Below, in pieces: positions 55,854 to 64,000 of a stretch of DNA of 64,000 nt. Every line of letters begins with the position of its first letter. Positions within the stretch are counted from its first letter, which is position 1. Below the pieces are notes generated by a model that saw nothing but the letters and a program-made list of their open reading frames with translations, was not told the origin of the DNA and made no database searches. The DNA is taken from assembly GCA_042584585.1 (NCBI GenBank), contig JBHOSQ010000002.1, positions 32,001-96,000 on the forward strand, written 5' to 3'. The position numbers were made by a program, and so were the translations under genes. The stretch is from an archaeon (lineage in GTDB: Archaea; B1Sed10-29; WALL01).

Positions 55854-58800
55854 GTGCTTATTGTGGACGCTGGACAGATTACTGCCATCTACAAGCAAGT
55901 CGAGACGAAGTGGTACTCACTCCTCGACGCGCTGAGTGACAAGGGAGTGCCCGTGTACAAGCTCGTGGACCCCATCGAAAACATGGGGATACCCTCGTTC
56001 CCGCTGTTTGTTGGTGGATTAATCGTGCTTCTCGCGCTCGTTGCATTCCTCTTGATTGGAGGCGCCGGAGGGCCGGCACTGACTGTTACCGTAACTAGTG
56101 GAGGGGCACCGCTCGCTGGAGCCACGGTAATCGCAGGGGACTACGAAGCAACTACTAATGAGGACGGGATAGCCGGGCTGGACCACCCCGGCGAAGGCAT
56201 CGACATCCAGATAACCAAAGAAAACTGTGAGGCGCAGGTCACAACGCTCACCGGCACCGAAGCAACGCTGGAATTCGACTTAATCTGCAGGGAAGCGCCG
56301 CCCGTAGGCGCGTGCAGCACAATCTCAAAAGAATACGACGCAATCGTAATGGTCGGCGAAGACAACGCGCCGCTCGAGGACTGCGTAATCATCGCGCTCA
56401 ACGGCGGCGACCCGATGGAGACCGGGTGGGGCGCAGACGGCAACACCCTCTTCCTCGACGATGCGACTTGTCTGCAGGAGGACCACCAAATACAAATCAC
56501 TTGCCTCGGGCACGAAAGGACTTTGTTCATTGACGAGCTGAGGAACGAAATCGAGGAAAAAGGTGAAATCACGCTCAACAAGCGCGGCTCAAGCGGCGCT
56601 TCCACCGGGCAGGGAGACTGCGACCGCGACGGAATCCCCGACGCGCAAGACCTCGACAACGACAACGACGGAATCTTTGACGTCGAAGACTTCGACATTG
56701 ACGGTGATGGAGTCACCAACGCGCTCGACGCAGACACGTGCGGCCAAGACACCCGCGAAGACGCGTACAGCCCGACAGATGTGCCGGGGCTGGTGGACTT
56801 GCCGGTTGGCACGCAGGCACAGCAGACCTTCAACAGCTACGTCACCGTAGTCGCGGACACCGGCGAAAAGCTGGACGGGATTCGGGTAACTGCCACCGAC
56901 GTGAAGGGCACGAAGCTGTCGACTGGGTACGCGAACACAGTGGTTGAAGCCACGACCGCGAACGGCAGCGCCACGCTGTCCTTGCCAGAAGGCCAGAAGT
57001 ACTACATCACTGCCGAGGACAGCAACGACGTCTACCGCTCCGCCAAGAGCGGGCTGCTCACGCAGAACAGGCAGCAGGAAGTCAAGCTCGTCATGCAGAA
57101 GGGATTCCTCACCGTGATAACCGTCGTCAGCGACCGAGCCGTTCCATACGCGACCGTGCGCGTGCTCGACGACCCACAGATGGAGAGGCAGACCAGCAAG
57201 ATTGGCCAGGCCATATTCGTGCTCGTGAAAGGCATTGACTACGACGTCGAGGTCGTGCACGAGAATTACATCCCCCTCAAGACCAAGGTAGTCGGCGGGT
57301 CCGAGACCGAAATAAGGCTCGAGGCGCTGGACGCAAGCAACTCCGGCGACGTGACCGCGACGGTTCGGAACGCACAGGGAATCGAGGAAGGCTTTCCGAG
57401 CGTGCTGCTGGAGCTTGTCGACTCCAAAAACATAGTCGTTAAGAAATGCACAACGCCCGCCAGTGGCATGTGCCAGTTCACCAAAGCCATGGCCGGCGAC
57501 TACACGCTCCGCGCGACGCCGCCTGGGGAAATCTCGTACACCGAGAGCAAGAAGTTCACTGTGGTGGCCGGGGAGTCTGTGGACCATGAAATGCTCATAG
57601 ACCCGGCTGAAGCAGAAATCGACGTGTTGACTACGATAGACGGGAACCCGACGAAGGGCGTCACGGTAACGCTTTACGACTTGAGCTACGGGGTGCCCGA
57701 AAAGCTTTCGGCGCAGAAGAGCGCGGAGAACCGGAGGGTCAAGTTCAACAGCTACCGCGGGAAAAAGGTTTATCTCGAGGCGGAGTACCGTGGGGCTCTC
57801 GGCGAGTTCGGCCCCCTCACCACCGCGCCGTTCACGCTCACCGGGAACAAGGACATGGAACTAGACCTCAAGGAAATCACGCGCAGCGTTTCGCTTGAGC
57901 TGCCGACAGGCGGCGAAATCGCGCCGGGACAAATCCATTACGCCAAGCTCGTGCTTGAGCTGCCGTATGCAAGCGAAGAACTGAAGGAGACGTACGACAA
58001 GGCGATGGCAGAGGTATGGTTCGGAGAGCCCGGCGACAAGTCCAACCCATTGAAGTCACCGGTTTTGATTGGGCCGATTGACAGCTACATTTTCGAGCAG
58101 CAGGAAAAGCCGAACGTGCTTGTGTCGGTGGGCAACTCGTACACGTTCAACCAAGAAGTGATTGTTGGGGACAGTGGAACGACTAGTAAGATAGCTAGGT
58201 TCACGGTCAGCGACTACGACCCAACGCTTTATGAAATTGAATTGCCAATGCTCGCGAGGCGCGAGGCACAAGGCGATGTAACTGTGCGCTACCGCGCGAC
58301 GTGGACCGACGATGATGGCCGGGTGTTCACTAGCCACGGAGGGGAATGGGCAGAGGACACCCTTACTGTTCTTGCGGGCGACGATGACGACGACGCAGAC
58401 TGGGTCGAGACAACCGGCGACTTCGGGCTCTGGAACGCTTTCCTGAGCGCGGACCCCAGCATTGAAGAAGAACAAGGCGCGGAAGAGACCGGCGAAGAAG
58501 AAGACGAGCTCGCCGCATCGTTCTTCCCGGACGGTGGAGAAACAAATGTTGAAGAAGACGGAGTGCCGTCGTTCACAAGTGGCTCCTTGGCTTTCCTACA
58601 CGTGCGCGCGATTGCTGCGCAGGAGACAGACACTTACGTAATCAAGGTTGACTCGTTCCCGCCGATTGGCAGCGGCGACAAGCACATGGCGCCCCTCGCG
58701 TACCGCGGCGTAATCAACAAGGCCGGCGGCAAGTCACGGATTGTTTATCCCACGACGCTGGCTGGGGATTTGCCGATAACGTTTTCGCCGACGCAGCAGA

Positions 58801-61800
58801 GCAAAGACTATTATGCACTGGACGTCGACGACGAGATTCACTTGGTGGTCGCGATGCGGCCGCAGGACGCGACGCCTTTAGCGGAAGTCGCGGTGTTCAA
58901 CGACATGGAAAACACTTTGCCGTACCGCGTCAAGCAGGTCGGTGAGGGGTTCGAGCCCACGGACATCCCGAACGTCGAAGGCAACATAATGATAAAGACG
59001 TTGATTTGCCCGAGCCCGCCGTATATCGGTGAATGTGGCGAAGGGGAAACAACTGTGAACGAGACCCTGCCGAGCTATGACGCGGACCGCACCGAGGGAA
59101 GGGACTTCACGATAAAGATAGAGCTCAGAAACAAGGACTCGGTCGACAAAAACATGAAGATGCGCGTGGACGCGACAGGCATTGAGGGCCTTGAGTACGA
59201 GGACGATGCGCTGCTCACCGGCAACAGCGGCGAGACCCTGTCCATCACTGGCAAGGGCGCATCAGCAGGTGGAGGCGAAATCAAGATTTTCATCTGGCTC
59301 GACGGAATGGAGGAAAGCGAGTGGAAGTCCATCAAGCACAGCGCGGTTAAGTACAAGCTCGAAGTCGTTGCGACTGGCGATGACGGCAAGTCGTTCCAGG
59401 AAGGCGAGCTCAACACCCACGCCGCGGAGATAGAGGTCGCGGCAGTCAGGGAGACATGGGGCGAGGCCAGCGAAGAAATAACCACTGGCATCACCACGGT
59501 CGGCCATGCCGACGCGATAAGGCTGTCCAAGGACTCAGTCGAGGCTTGGGCGAGGCTTGCGCAGGATATGAGCGGCAACAAGAAGTTCACGACCGCCCCG
59601 GACGAGCTTGACTTGGACTGGGGAATGCTTACTGTGCAGGCGGGCCACCCCGAGTTCAGGTGGCTGGAGCGCTCGTACGAAGTGCACGGCTCATTGATTG
59701 ACCCGGTTACATCGGAATACGGGTTCACGCTTACTGATTTTGAGCCTTTCGAGTTCAGGTACGCAGTAATCACAAACAACTGGGACGAAGAAATTAAGGT
59801 CACGGTGGCAAAGGACAGGTGGGAAAGCACGGTCTTCGGCGAGGAGTACGGACTCTCGCATGAATTGCGGGTGGTCGACGCCATGGGCACCGAGAGGGAT
59901 GTCGAGGACAGCTACCGGCTGACTAGGAACGTTCCGGCGCGCGGCAAGGCAGAGCTCTGGATACTGGCCGCGCCGCCCGGTGACGGGTGCAAGATTGCGC
60001 CGAGCCTCAACAAGCTCTCGGTCACTGCGGCGACGACTCTGACAAAGTCAGAAGGCGGCGTTGTGGAAGACGAGGGGGCATATGAAATCAACTTCACGTG
60101 CGCGATGGAAGGCGGGCCGGCACCGGCAGGAGACATGGCCACCGGCATCGTGATGAAGGTGGGCTACCAGCCGGCGGACATCACACCGGACTCGTGCACG
60201 ACTTCCGACGACGTGACTTACATTTGTGACGCGGAACAGTTCAGCGTCGCGGTCCTCAAGAGCGCGAAGGAATTGACTGACGGCCACTCCCAAGCAATCC
60301 GAAAAGTGCTGGCGCTTTCGGACGATGTGGTGAACTCGCTGGTGATTGCGACCGCGAGGCAGGAAAACAGCCTCAGCAAGGGGTACCCGGTGGACGTCAC
60401 TTCGTCTGCCTCCACTGCGAGGGACGGGAGCCTGATACTGACGCAGGACGAAATCACGTGCGGGCTCGTCACGATTCTTTTCGAGAAGCTCACGGACGAA
60501 AAAATAAAGGCAACAATTGAAGAAGTCAACAGCAGTATGCCGTGGTGTGCTGGCGGGTCTGGGAGCTTCCTCGGGATACTGAACTACGACAAGAACCTGC
60601 GGAAAGAAGCGGACACTGATGTGCTGTTGCAGTACGCCGAGTTTGCCCCCGACACGGACGTCACGGAGTTCAGGGCAGCGGTCGCGGCGATTACGACGGA
60701 GAAGTACGTGTTCGGCCACATGAACCCGACTACACCGGACGTCAAGGGCAAGGCCGCGAAGCACGTGGTCTATTACGACGAGTTCACCGCGGACGAGTTC
60801 AAGCAGGTCGGCATCAGGGACCCGATGTACAGCTGGCTCACGCAGGACTACGACACCACCGGGTACTTCAACATCAACGACAAGGGCGACGTGCAACTCG
60901 GAATCATTTACGAAAGCGCCGACAACCTCGAGAGGAACAGGGAGTGCATGGTGTACAACCTGCTGACGTACTGGAGCCTTGGCGACAGTTCGGTGCTCGA
61001 TGGCATTGGCAATGAAGAAGAAACGTTTGACTTGAGCACGTGCGAGATGGAGGGAACGCTTGCCGCTCCGCCCGGAGTGAGCCTGCGGCTCGACGCGACA
61101 ACGCCGGAATACAAGGTAGGTGCCTCTTCGACCGGCGACCCCGAGATTGCGCTTTACATCACTTCAGACATCAAGGCCGAAGCGTGCTACGTCTGGAACG
61201 GGCACGATGAAAACCCGGACAAGTCCATCAAGAAGTTTGTCTCGCAGGAAGGTGTGTTCGAGGTCGAGGCTGGCCAGGTTGTGTGGGACGGCTACACCCT
61301 GCAGGTTCCTTCGTGGGACTTGAAGCCAGGTGCGGACAGCCGCGCGTACACGGTGAAGGCGGCTTGCATTTCGGATGTCGGGATATGGTCCGAGCGCGTG
61401 AGCAAGCAAATCATTTACGACGCGACGCCGCCAGAGATAGTTATCGTGTCCACTGAGGACAACGGCGTGACCAAGAAAGAGGCCGTGAAAATCAGCTTCA
61501 CGGCGAGTGACAAGTACGCAATCAGGGAGTGCTCCATCGAGGGCGTGTGCCCGGAGTTCTTGATTGACACGGACTGCACTCTTCCGGCGGAGGCGCCAGT
61601 GAACGAGATGGGCAACAAGGTTTATACAGTCACGGACTGCGTGACGCCGCTTTTGAAACTGAATGGCGACATAAAAGACACGTGCAGCCCATCGGGCTAC
61701 AACCAGCTCAAGCTGACTTGCACTGACGAGCACGACAACACGGCAAGTGTTGAGAAGAACGTGTACAGGCTGGCCACGACACAGGCCGGGATTGTCCCAC

Positions 61801-63398
61801 CGACGTGCGACGACATGGAGACGGGCGATGGCACGGAATGCAAGGACTATGACTCCAATACTCCAAACGGCTTCGTCGAGAAGGGCGACAGGTATTACGT
61901 GGACAGCGACGACGTGACCATCTCCGTAGTCGTGAGTTCGGACAACCCACTAATAGGATGCAGCCTCAAGCAAGGCGACACGGAAGCGTCGTGCGGCCTG
62001 CCAAAGTCGGGGAGCACGGACTACCTGCAGTATTATGACTGCAACACCAAGCAGCCCGGCATTGACTTGCTGGGCGACGGTGAGACCAAAGTCAGTGTCA
62101 AGTGCTCGCAGACCGGGACAGAAGAGCTCGCGGAAGTGGAGCTGCTGCCGTTCGTGGTCGACACCGAGCCGCCGACATGCAACATAATCGGCGGGGAGTA
62201 TCCACAGGACTGGAGTGTTTACTTGGCCCCCTGGAAGTTTGCGAAAATCAGGGGGCAGTCCAGCAAGGCATACATCGGCGTGATGCCAGTGGACGACACT
62301 GGATGGTCCAAGGTCGTGTGCGGCGGGGAGACGTTCAAGCCAAGCGACTCCACGCGGAGCCACGAGTTCACGGTGATGAATACTATGACGGGTAGTGGGT
62401 ACTGGGCTTCTGTCTCCAGCAGCGGAACCAAGCAGACCTTCACGGCAACGACAGACCGCCTGACAGAGGGTCAGGTGATAATGAAGTGCACTGGAGATGA
62501 CTGCCGCACGATAATGGTGAGCGTGAAGTTTACGGACCCAGAGAGTGGCGAGAGTCTGGGTAGCTCGACGAGCATAGGCGGGAGCGGCAAGTGCAGGAAC
62601 TTCGAGCCCATGCTCAAAGCCTCCGAGCAAGCAGTGACTCCGGGGAAAGAGTACCAGCTTAAGATTGAGGGCGATTCGTGGGAGTACTACAACGTGCCAG
62701 GTGACTACTACACTGGCGGGAAAAGCATCGGTAGCCGGGACATTGAGGCGATTATTTACGGGACTGTGCCAGTCGAGTTCGACCTGTGGGAGCTATATCC
62801 AGAGAGCGACGGCACAATCAGCTGCACCGCCTATGACTTTGTTGGCCACAGCAATACATGCACCCAGAAGTACACGACAAAGATACTTGACAGTGCTGAC
62901 GACTGTTCTAAAAGGTACGATGTTGGCAGCGACACAAAAGACTGGAAAAAGACCAAGCTTGACGCGTTCGAGGCGTACGCCATACGCTATGCATTCAACA
63001 GCGAGGACGGCCTGTGCAACATAAACGGTGGTGTCGACTGCTATATATCAGAGTTCAACCCGTTCACCGGCGAAACAGAAAGCGGCTGGGGCAAGATCCT
63101 CTCGTCGACAAAAGAGATGCCGCCCACGAACAACCGGAAAGTCTATGCATACCAGTACAAGGGCGTGTTCTTCTTCGGAGATGAATACGACGAGGAAAGG
63201 TTCTTTGCAACGGGGAATGGGGGCAGGATGCGGGTCCGCACATATACTGATGCCATTACTGATCTCACTGGCATAACGCCCTGCAGAAATGAAATAGACG
63301 AAGAAGACTTCTTGAGCGGGGACGAGAGCAACATGAGAATATACTACGCCGTTCCAGGGTGCTATACTGAAAGGAGCATAGCCAACTATTACTGTTAG
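55854..63398 (+). CDS. Giant N-anchored surface protein, paralog B (2514 aa) with thrombospondin type-3-like Ca-binding repeats
   Basis: Same N-terminal motif and architecture as paralog A (shared ITxDSC...CDAEQxSVA and NYDKxLR). Contains the insert DCDRDGIPDAQDLDNDNDGIFDVEDFDIDGDG. The start is 55854 or 55863. Confidence 0.85.
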   Translation: MLIVDAGQITAIYKQVETKWYSLLDALSDKGVPVYKLVDPIENMGIPSFPLFVGGLIVLLALVAFLLIGGAGGPALTVTVTSGGAPLAGATVIAGDYEATTNEDGIAGLDHPGEGIDIQITKENCEAQVTTLTGTEATLEFDLICREAPPVGACSTISKEYDAIVMVGEDNAPLEDCVIIALNGGDPMETGWGADGNTLFLDDATCLQEDHQIQITCLGHERTLFIDELRNEIEEKGEITLNKRGSSGASTGQGDCDRDGIPDAQDLDNDNDGIFDVEDFDIDGDGVTNALDADTCGQDTREDAYSPTDVPGLVDLPVGTQAQQTFNSYVTVVADTGEKLDGIRVTATDVKGTKLSTGYANTVVEATTANGSATLSLPEGQKYYITAEDSNDVYRSAKSGLLTQNRQQEVKLVMQKGFLTVITVVSDRAVPYATVRVLDDPQMERQTSKIGQAIFVLVKGIDYDVEVVHENYIPLKTKVVGGSETEIRLEALDASNSGDVTATVRNAQGIEEGFPSVLLELVDSKNIVVKKCTTPASGMCQFTKAMAGDYTLRATPPGEISYTESKKFTVVAGESVDHEMLIDPAEAEIDVLTTIDGNPTKGVTVTLYDLSYGVPEKLSAQKSAENRRVKFNSYRGKKVYLEAEYRGALGEFGPLTTAPFTLTGNKDMELDLKEITRSVSLELPTGGEIAPGQIHYAKLVLELPYASEELKETYDKAMAEVWFGEPGDKSNPLKSPVLIGPIDSYIFEQQEKPNVLVSVGNSYTFNQEVIVGDSGTTSKIARFTVSDYDPTLYEIELPMLARREAQGDVTVRYRATWTDDDGRVFTSHGGEWAEDTLTVLAGDDDDDADWVETTGDFGLWNAFLSADPSIEEEQGAEETGEEEDELAASFFPDGGETNVEEDGVPSFTSGSLAFLHVRAIAAQETDTYVIKVDSFPPIGSGDKHMAPLAYRGVINKAGGKSRIVYPTTLAGDLPITFSPTQQSKDYYALDVDDEIHLVVAMRPQDATPLAEVAVFNDMENTLPYRVKQVGEGFEPTDIPNVEGNIMIKTLICPSPPYIGECGEGETTVNETLPSYDADRTEGRDFTIKIELRNKDSVDKNMKMRVDATGIEGLEYEDDALLTGNSGETLSITGKGASAGGGEIKIFIWLDGMEESEWKSIKHSAVKYKLEVVATGDDGKSFQEGELNTHAAEIEVAAVRETWGEASEEITTGITTVGHADAIRLSKDSVEAWARLAQDMSGNKKFTTAPDELDLDWGMLTVQAGHPEFRWLERSYEVHGSLIDPVTSEYGFTLTDFEPFEFRYAVITNNWDEEIKVTVAKDRWESTVFGEEYGLSHELRVVDAMGTERDVEDSYRLTRNVPARGKAELWILAAPPGDGCKIAPSLNKLSVTAATTLTKSEGGVVEDEGAYEINFTCAMEGGPAPAGDMATGIVMKVGYQPADITPDSCTTSDDVTYICDAEQFSVAVLKSAKELTDGHSQAIRKVLALSDDVVNSLVIATARQENSLSKGYPVDVTSSASTARDGSLILTQDEITCGLVTILFEKLTDEKIKATIEEVNSSMPWCAGGSGSFLGILNYDKNLRKEADTDVLLQYAEFAPDTDVTEFRAAVAAITTEKYVFGHMNPTTPDVKGKAAKHVVYYDEFTADEFKQVGIRDPMYSWLTQDYDTTGYFNINDKGDVQLGIIYESADNLERNRECMVYNLLTYWSLGDSSVLDGIGNEEETFDLSTCEMEGTLAAPPGVSLRLDATTPEYKVGASSTGDPEIALYITSDIKAEACYVWNGHDENPDKSIKKFVSQEGVFEVEAGQVVWDGYTLQVPSWDLKPGADSRAYTVKAACISDVGIWSERVSKQIIYDATPPEIVIVSTEDNGVTKKEAVKISFTASDKYAIRECSIEGVCPEFLIDTDCTLPAEAPVNEMGNKVYTVTDCVTPLLKLNGDIKDTCSPSGYNQLKLTCTDEHDNTASVEKNVYRLATTQAGIVPPTCDDMETGDGTECKDYDSNTPNGFVEKGDRYYVDSDDVTISVVVSSDNPLIGCSLKQGDTEASCGLPKSGSTDYLQYYDCNTKQPGIDLLGDGETKVSVKCSQTGTEELAEVELLPFVVDTEPPTCNIIGGEYPQDWSVYLAPWKFAKIRGQSSKAYIGVMPVDDTGWSKVVCGGETFKPSDSTRSHEFTVMNTMTGSGYWASVSSSGTKQTFTATTDRLTEGQVIMKCTGDDCRTIMVSVKFTDPESGESLGSSTSIGGSGKCRNFEPMLKASEQAVTPGKEYQLKIEGDSWEYYNVPGDYYTGGKSIGSRDIEAIIYGTVPVEFDLWELYPESDGTISCTAYDFVGHSNTCTQKYTTKILDSADDCSKRYDVGSDTKDWKKTKLDAFEAYAIRYAFNSEDGLCNINGGVDCYISEFNPFTGETESGWGKILSSTKEMPPTNNRKVYAYQYKGVFFFGDEYDEERFFATGNGGRMRVRTYTDAITDLTGITPCRNEIDEEDFLSGDESNMRIYYAVPGCYTERSIANYYC

Positions 63399-63414
63399 GG
63401 GGCACCAAAGCCCC
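63398..63414 (+). terminator. Possible hairpin GGGGGC-ACCAAA-GCCCCC at the gene end
   Basis: GC stem beginning at the stop codon, followed by AT-rich sequence. Confidence 0.35.
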
Positions 63415-63421
63415 CCCCTTA

Positions 63422-63429
63422 TTTATATA
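63422..63429 (+). promoter_or_regulatory. TATA box (TTTATATA)
   Basis: Upstream of paralog C. Confidence 0.55.
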
Positions 63430-63478
63430 CTGTTTGTCATTAATTGTTGCAATCGGTTACTTATAGAGGGTAATATAA

Positions 63479-64000
63479 ATGGGCTTCTATTCTGAACTTG
63501 AAAAGAAATGGTATAAATTGGTGGAGTCACTGGACAAGAAAGGAATTCCAATCCGTGCAATCACAGACCCCATCGAGACCGCTGGGCTGCCGAGCCTCCC
63601 CGTCGTCGCCGGCGTTGGGCTCGTGCTTTTGGCACTCGTGGCGTTTACGCTGCTGCCCGCCCAGGGAGCAACACTGATGCTGCAGGTCACTTCGGACGGC
63701 TCGGCCGTCGAAGGGGCTGAAGTCGCCGCCATGTTCGGGGACACCGAAGTGTTCTCGACCACAGGGCCAGACGGCTACGCCGAACTAATGCTTCCGTTCA
63801 ACCAAGAAGTGGACTTAAGCATTACAAAAAGCGGGTGCGACACCCGCGCCGACTCCGTTTTGCTTGAGCAAGACGACGAAATCGAGATGAGTTTGAGCTG
63901 CAAAGGAAGCCCATCCTTTGCCGCGTGCATAACCTCTGCCCAAGAAATCGACACCGTAACCCTCACCACGCCAACCGGCGCCTACGCAAAAGGCTGCACG
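63479..64000 (+). CDS. Giant N-anchored surface protein, paralog C (3'-truncated; not in the ORF track)
   Basis: Translated by hand: MGFYSELEKKWYKLVESLDKKGIPIRAITDPIETAGLPSLPVVAGVGLVLL... The frame is open to the window end. Confidence 0.85.
   Translation, partial: MGFYSELEKKWYKLVESLDKKGIPIRAITDPIETAGLPSLPVVAGVGLVLLALVAFTLLPAQGATLMLQVTSDGSAVEGAEVAAMFGDTEVFSTTGPDGYAELMLPFNQEVDLSITKSGCDTRADSVLLEQDDEIEMSLSCKGSPSFAACITSAQEIDTVTLTTPTGAYAKGCT

Noticed and set aside
1-64000. Many 60-450 aa antisense and off-frame ORFs in the track (e.g. 48929..50287, 25569..26675, 13533..14549)
   Set aside because: They are shadows of long GC-rich genes, with Arg/Val/His-biased composition and no recognisable motifs.
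1-64000. CRISPR array, tRNA/rRNA genes, inteins
   Set aside because: No regularly spaced repeats were seen, the intergenic gaps are short with no cloverleaf or rRNA signature, and no C...HN(C/S/T) intein motifs were recognised in the ATPases. This was by eye only.

Overview
A gene-dense, GC-rich archaeal window. It is probably from a DPANN-type lineage, inferred from the archaeal TATA boxes, deoxyhypusine synthase, PAC2 chaperone, archaeosortase and style of the prepilins; the taxon cannot be fixed from sequence alone. Almost all 64 kb encode cell-surface machinery. (1) Two type IV pilus/Tad assembly modules: a TadA-like ATPase with an N-terminal 16-Cys, 4x[4Fe-4S] ferredoxin domain plus two TadB/C proteins, and a long VirB11/FlaI-like ATPase with a 2-domain platform protein. 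(2) At least 11 proteins with class III (prepilin) signal peptides, including a 45-aa pilin missed by the ORF track. (3) Two secreted giant adhesins (3168 and 4101 aa; FN3/Ig, LamG, fibrinogen-like, DUF2341), each preceded by a small membrane-anchored partner. (4) An archaeosortase and a 1552-aa candidate substrate. (5) Three tandem paralogous N-anchored giants; two are complete (~2500 aa, with unrelated C-terminal tips) and the third is cut by the window end. The most striking observation is that domains appear to be split between separate genes. A 405-aa prepilin ends in the first half of a beta-sandwich domain whose second half forms the C-terminus of the 4101-aa adhesin 21.5 kb downstream. 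The 3168-aa adhesin ends in an FN3 domain lacking its last strand, and the mature 4101-aa adhesin begins with just such a strand. This suggests, as inference only, a pilus-anchored adhesin chain assembled by fragment/donor-strand complementation. No rRNA, tRNA, CRISPR array, transposase or reverse transcriptase was recognised. All domain calls are by-eye motif recognition and have not been checked by any database search.
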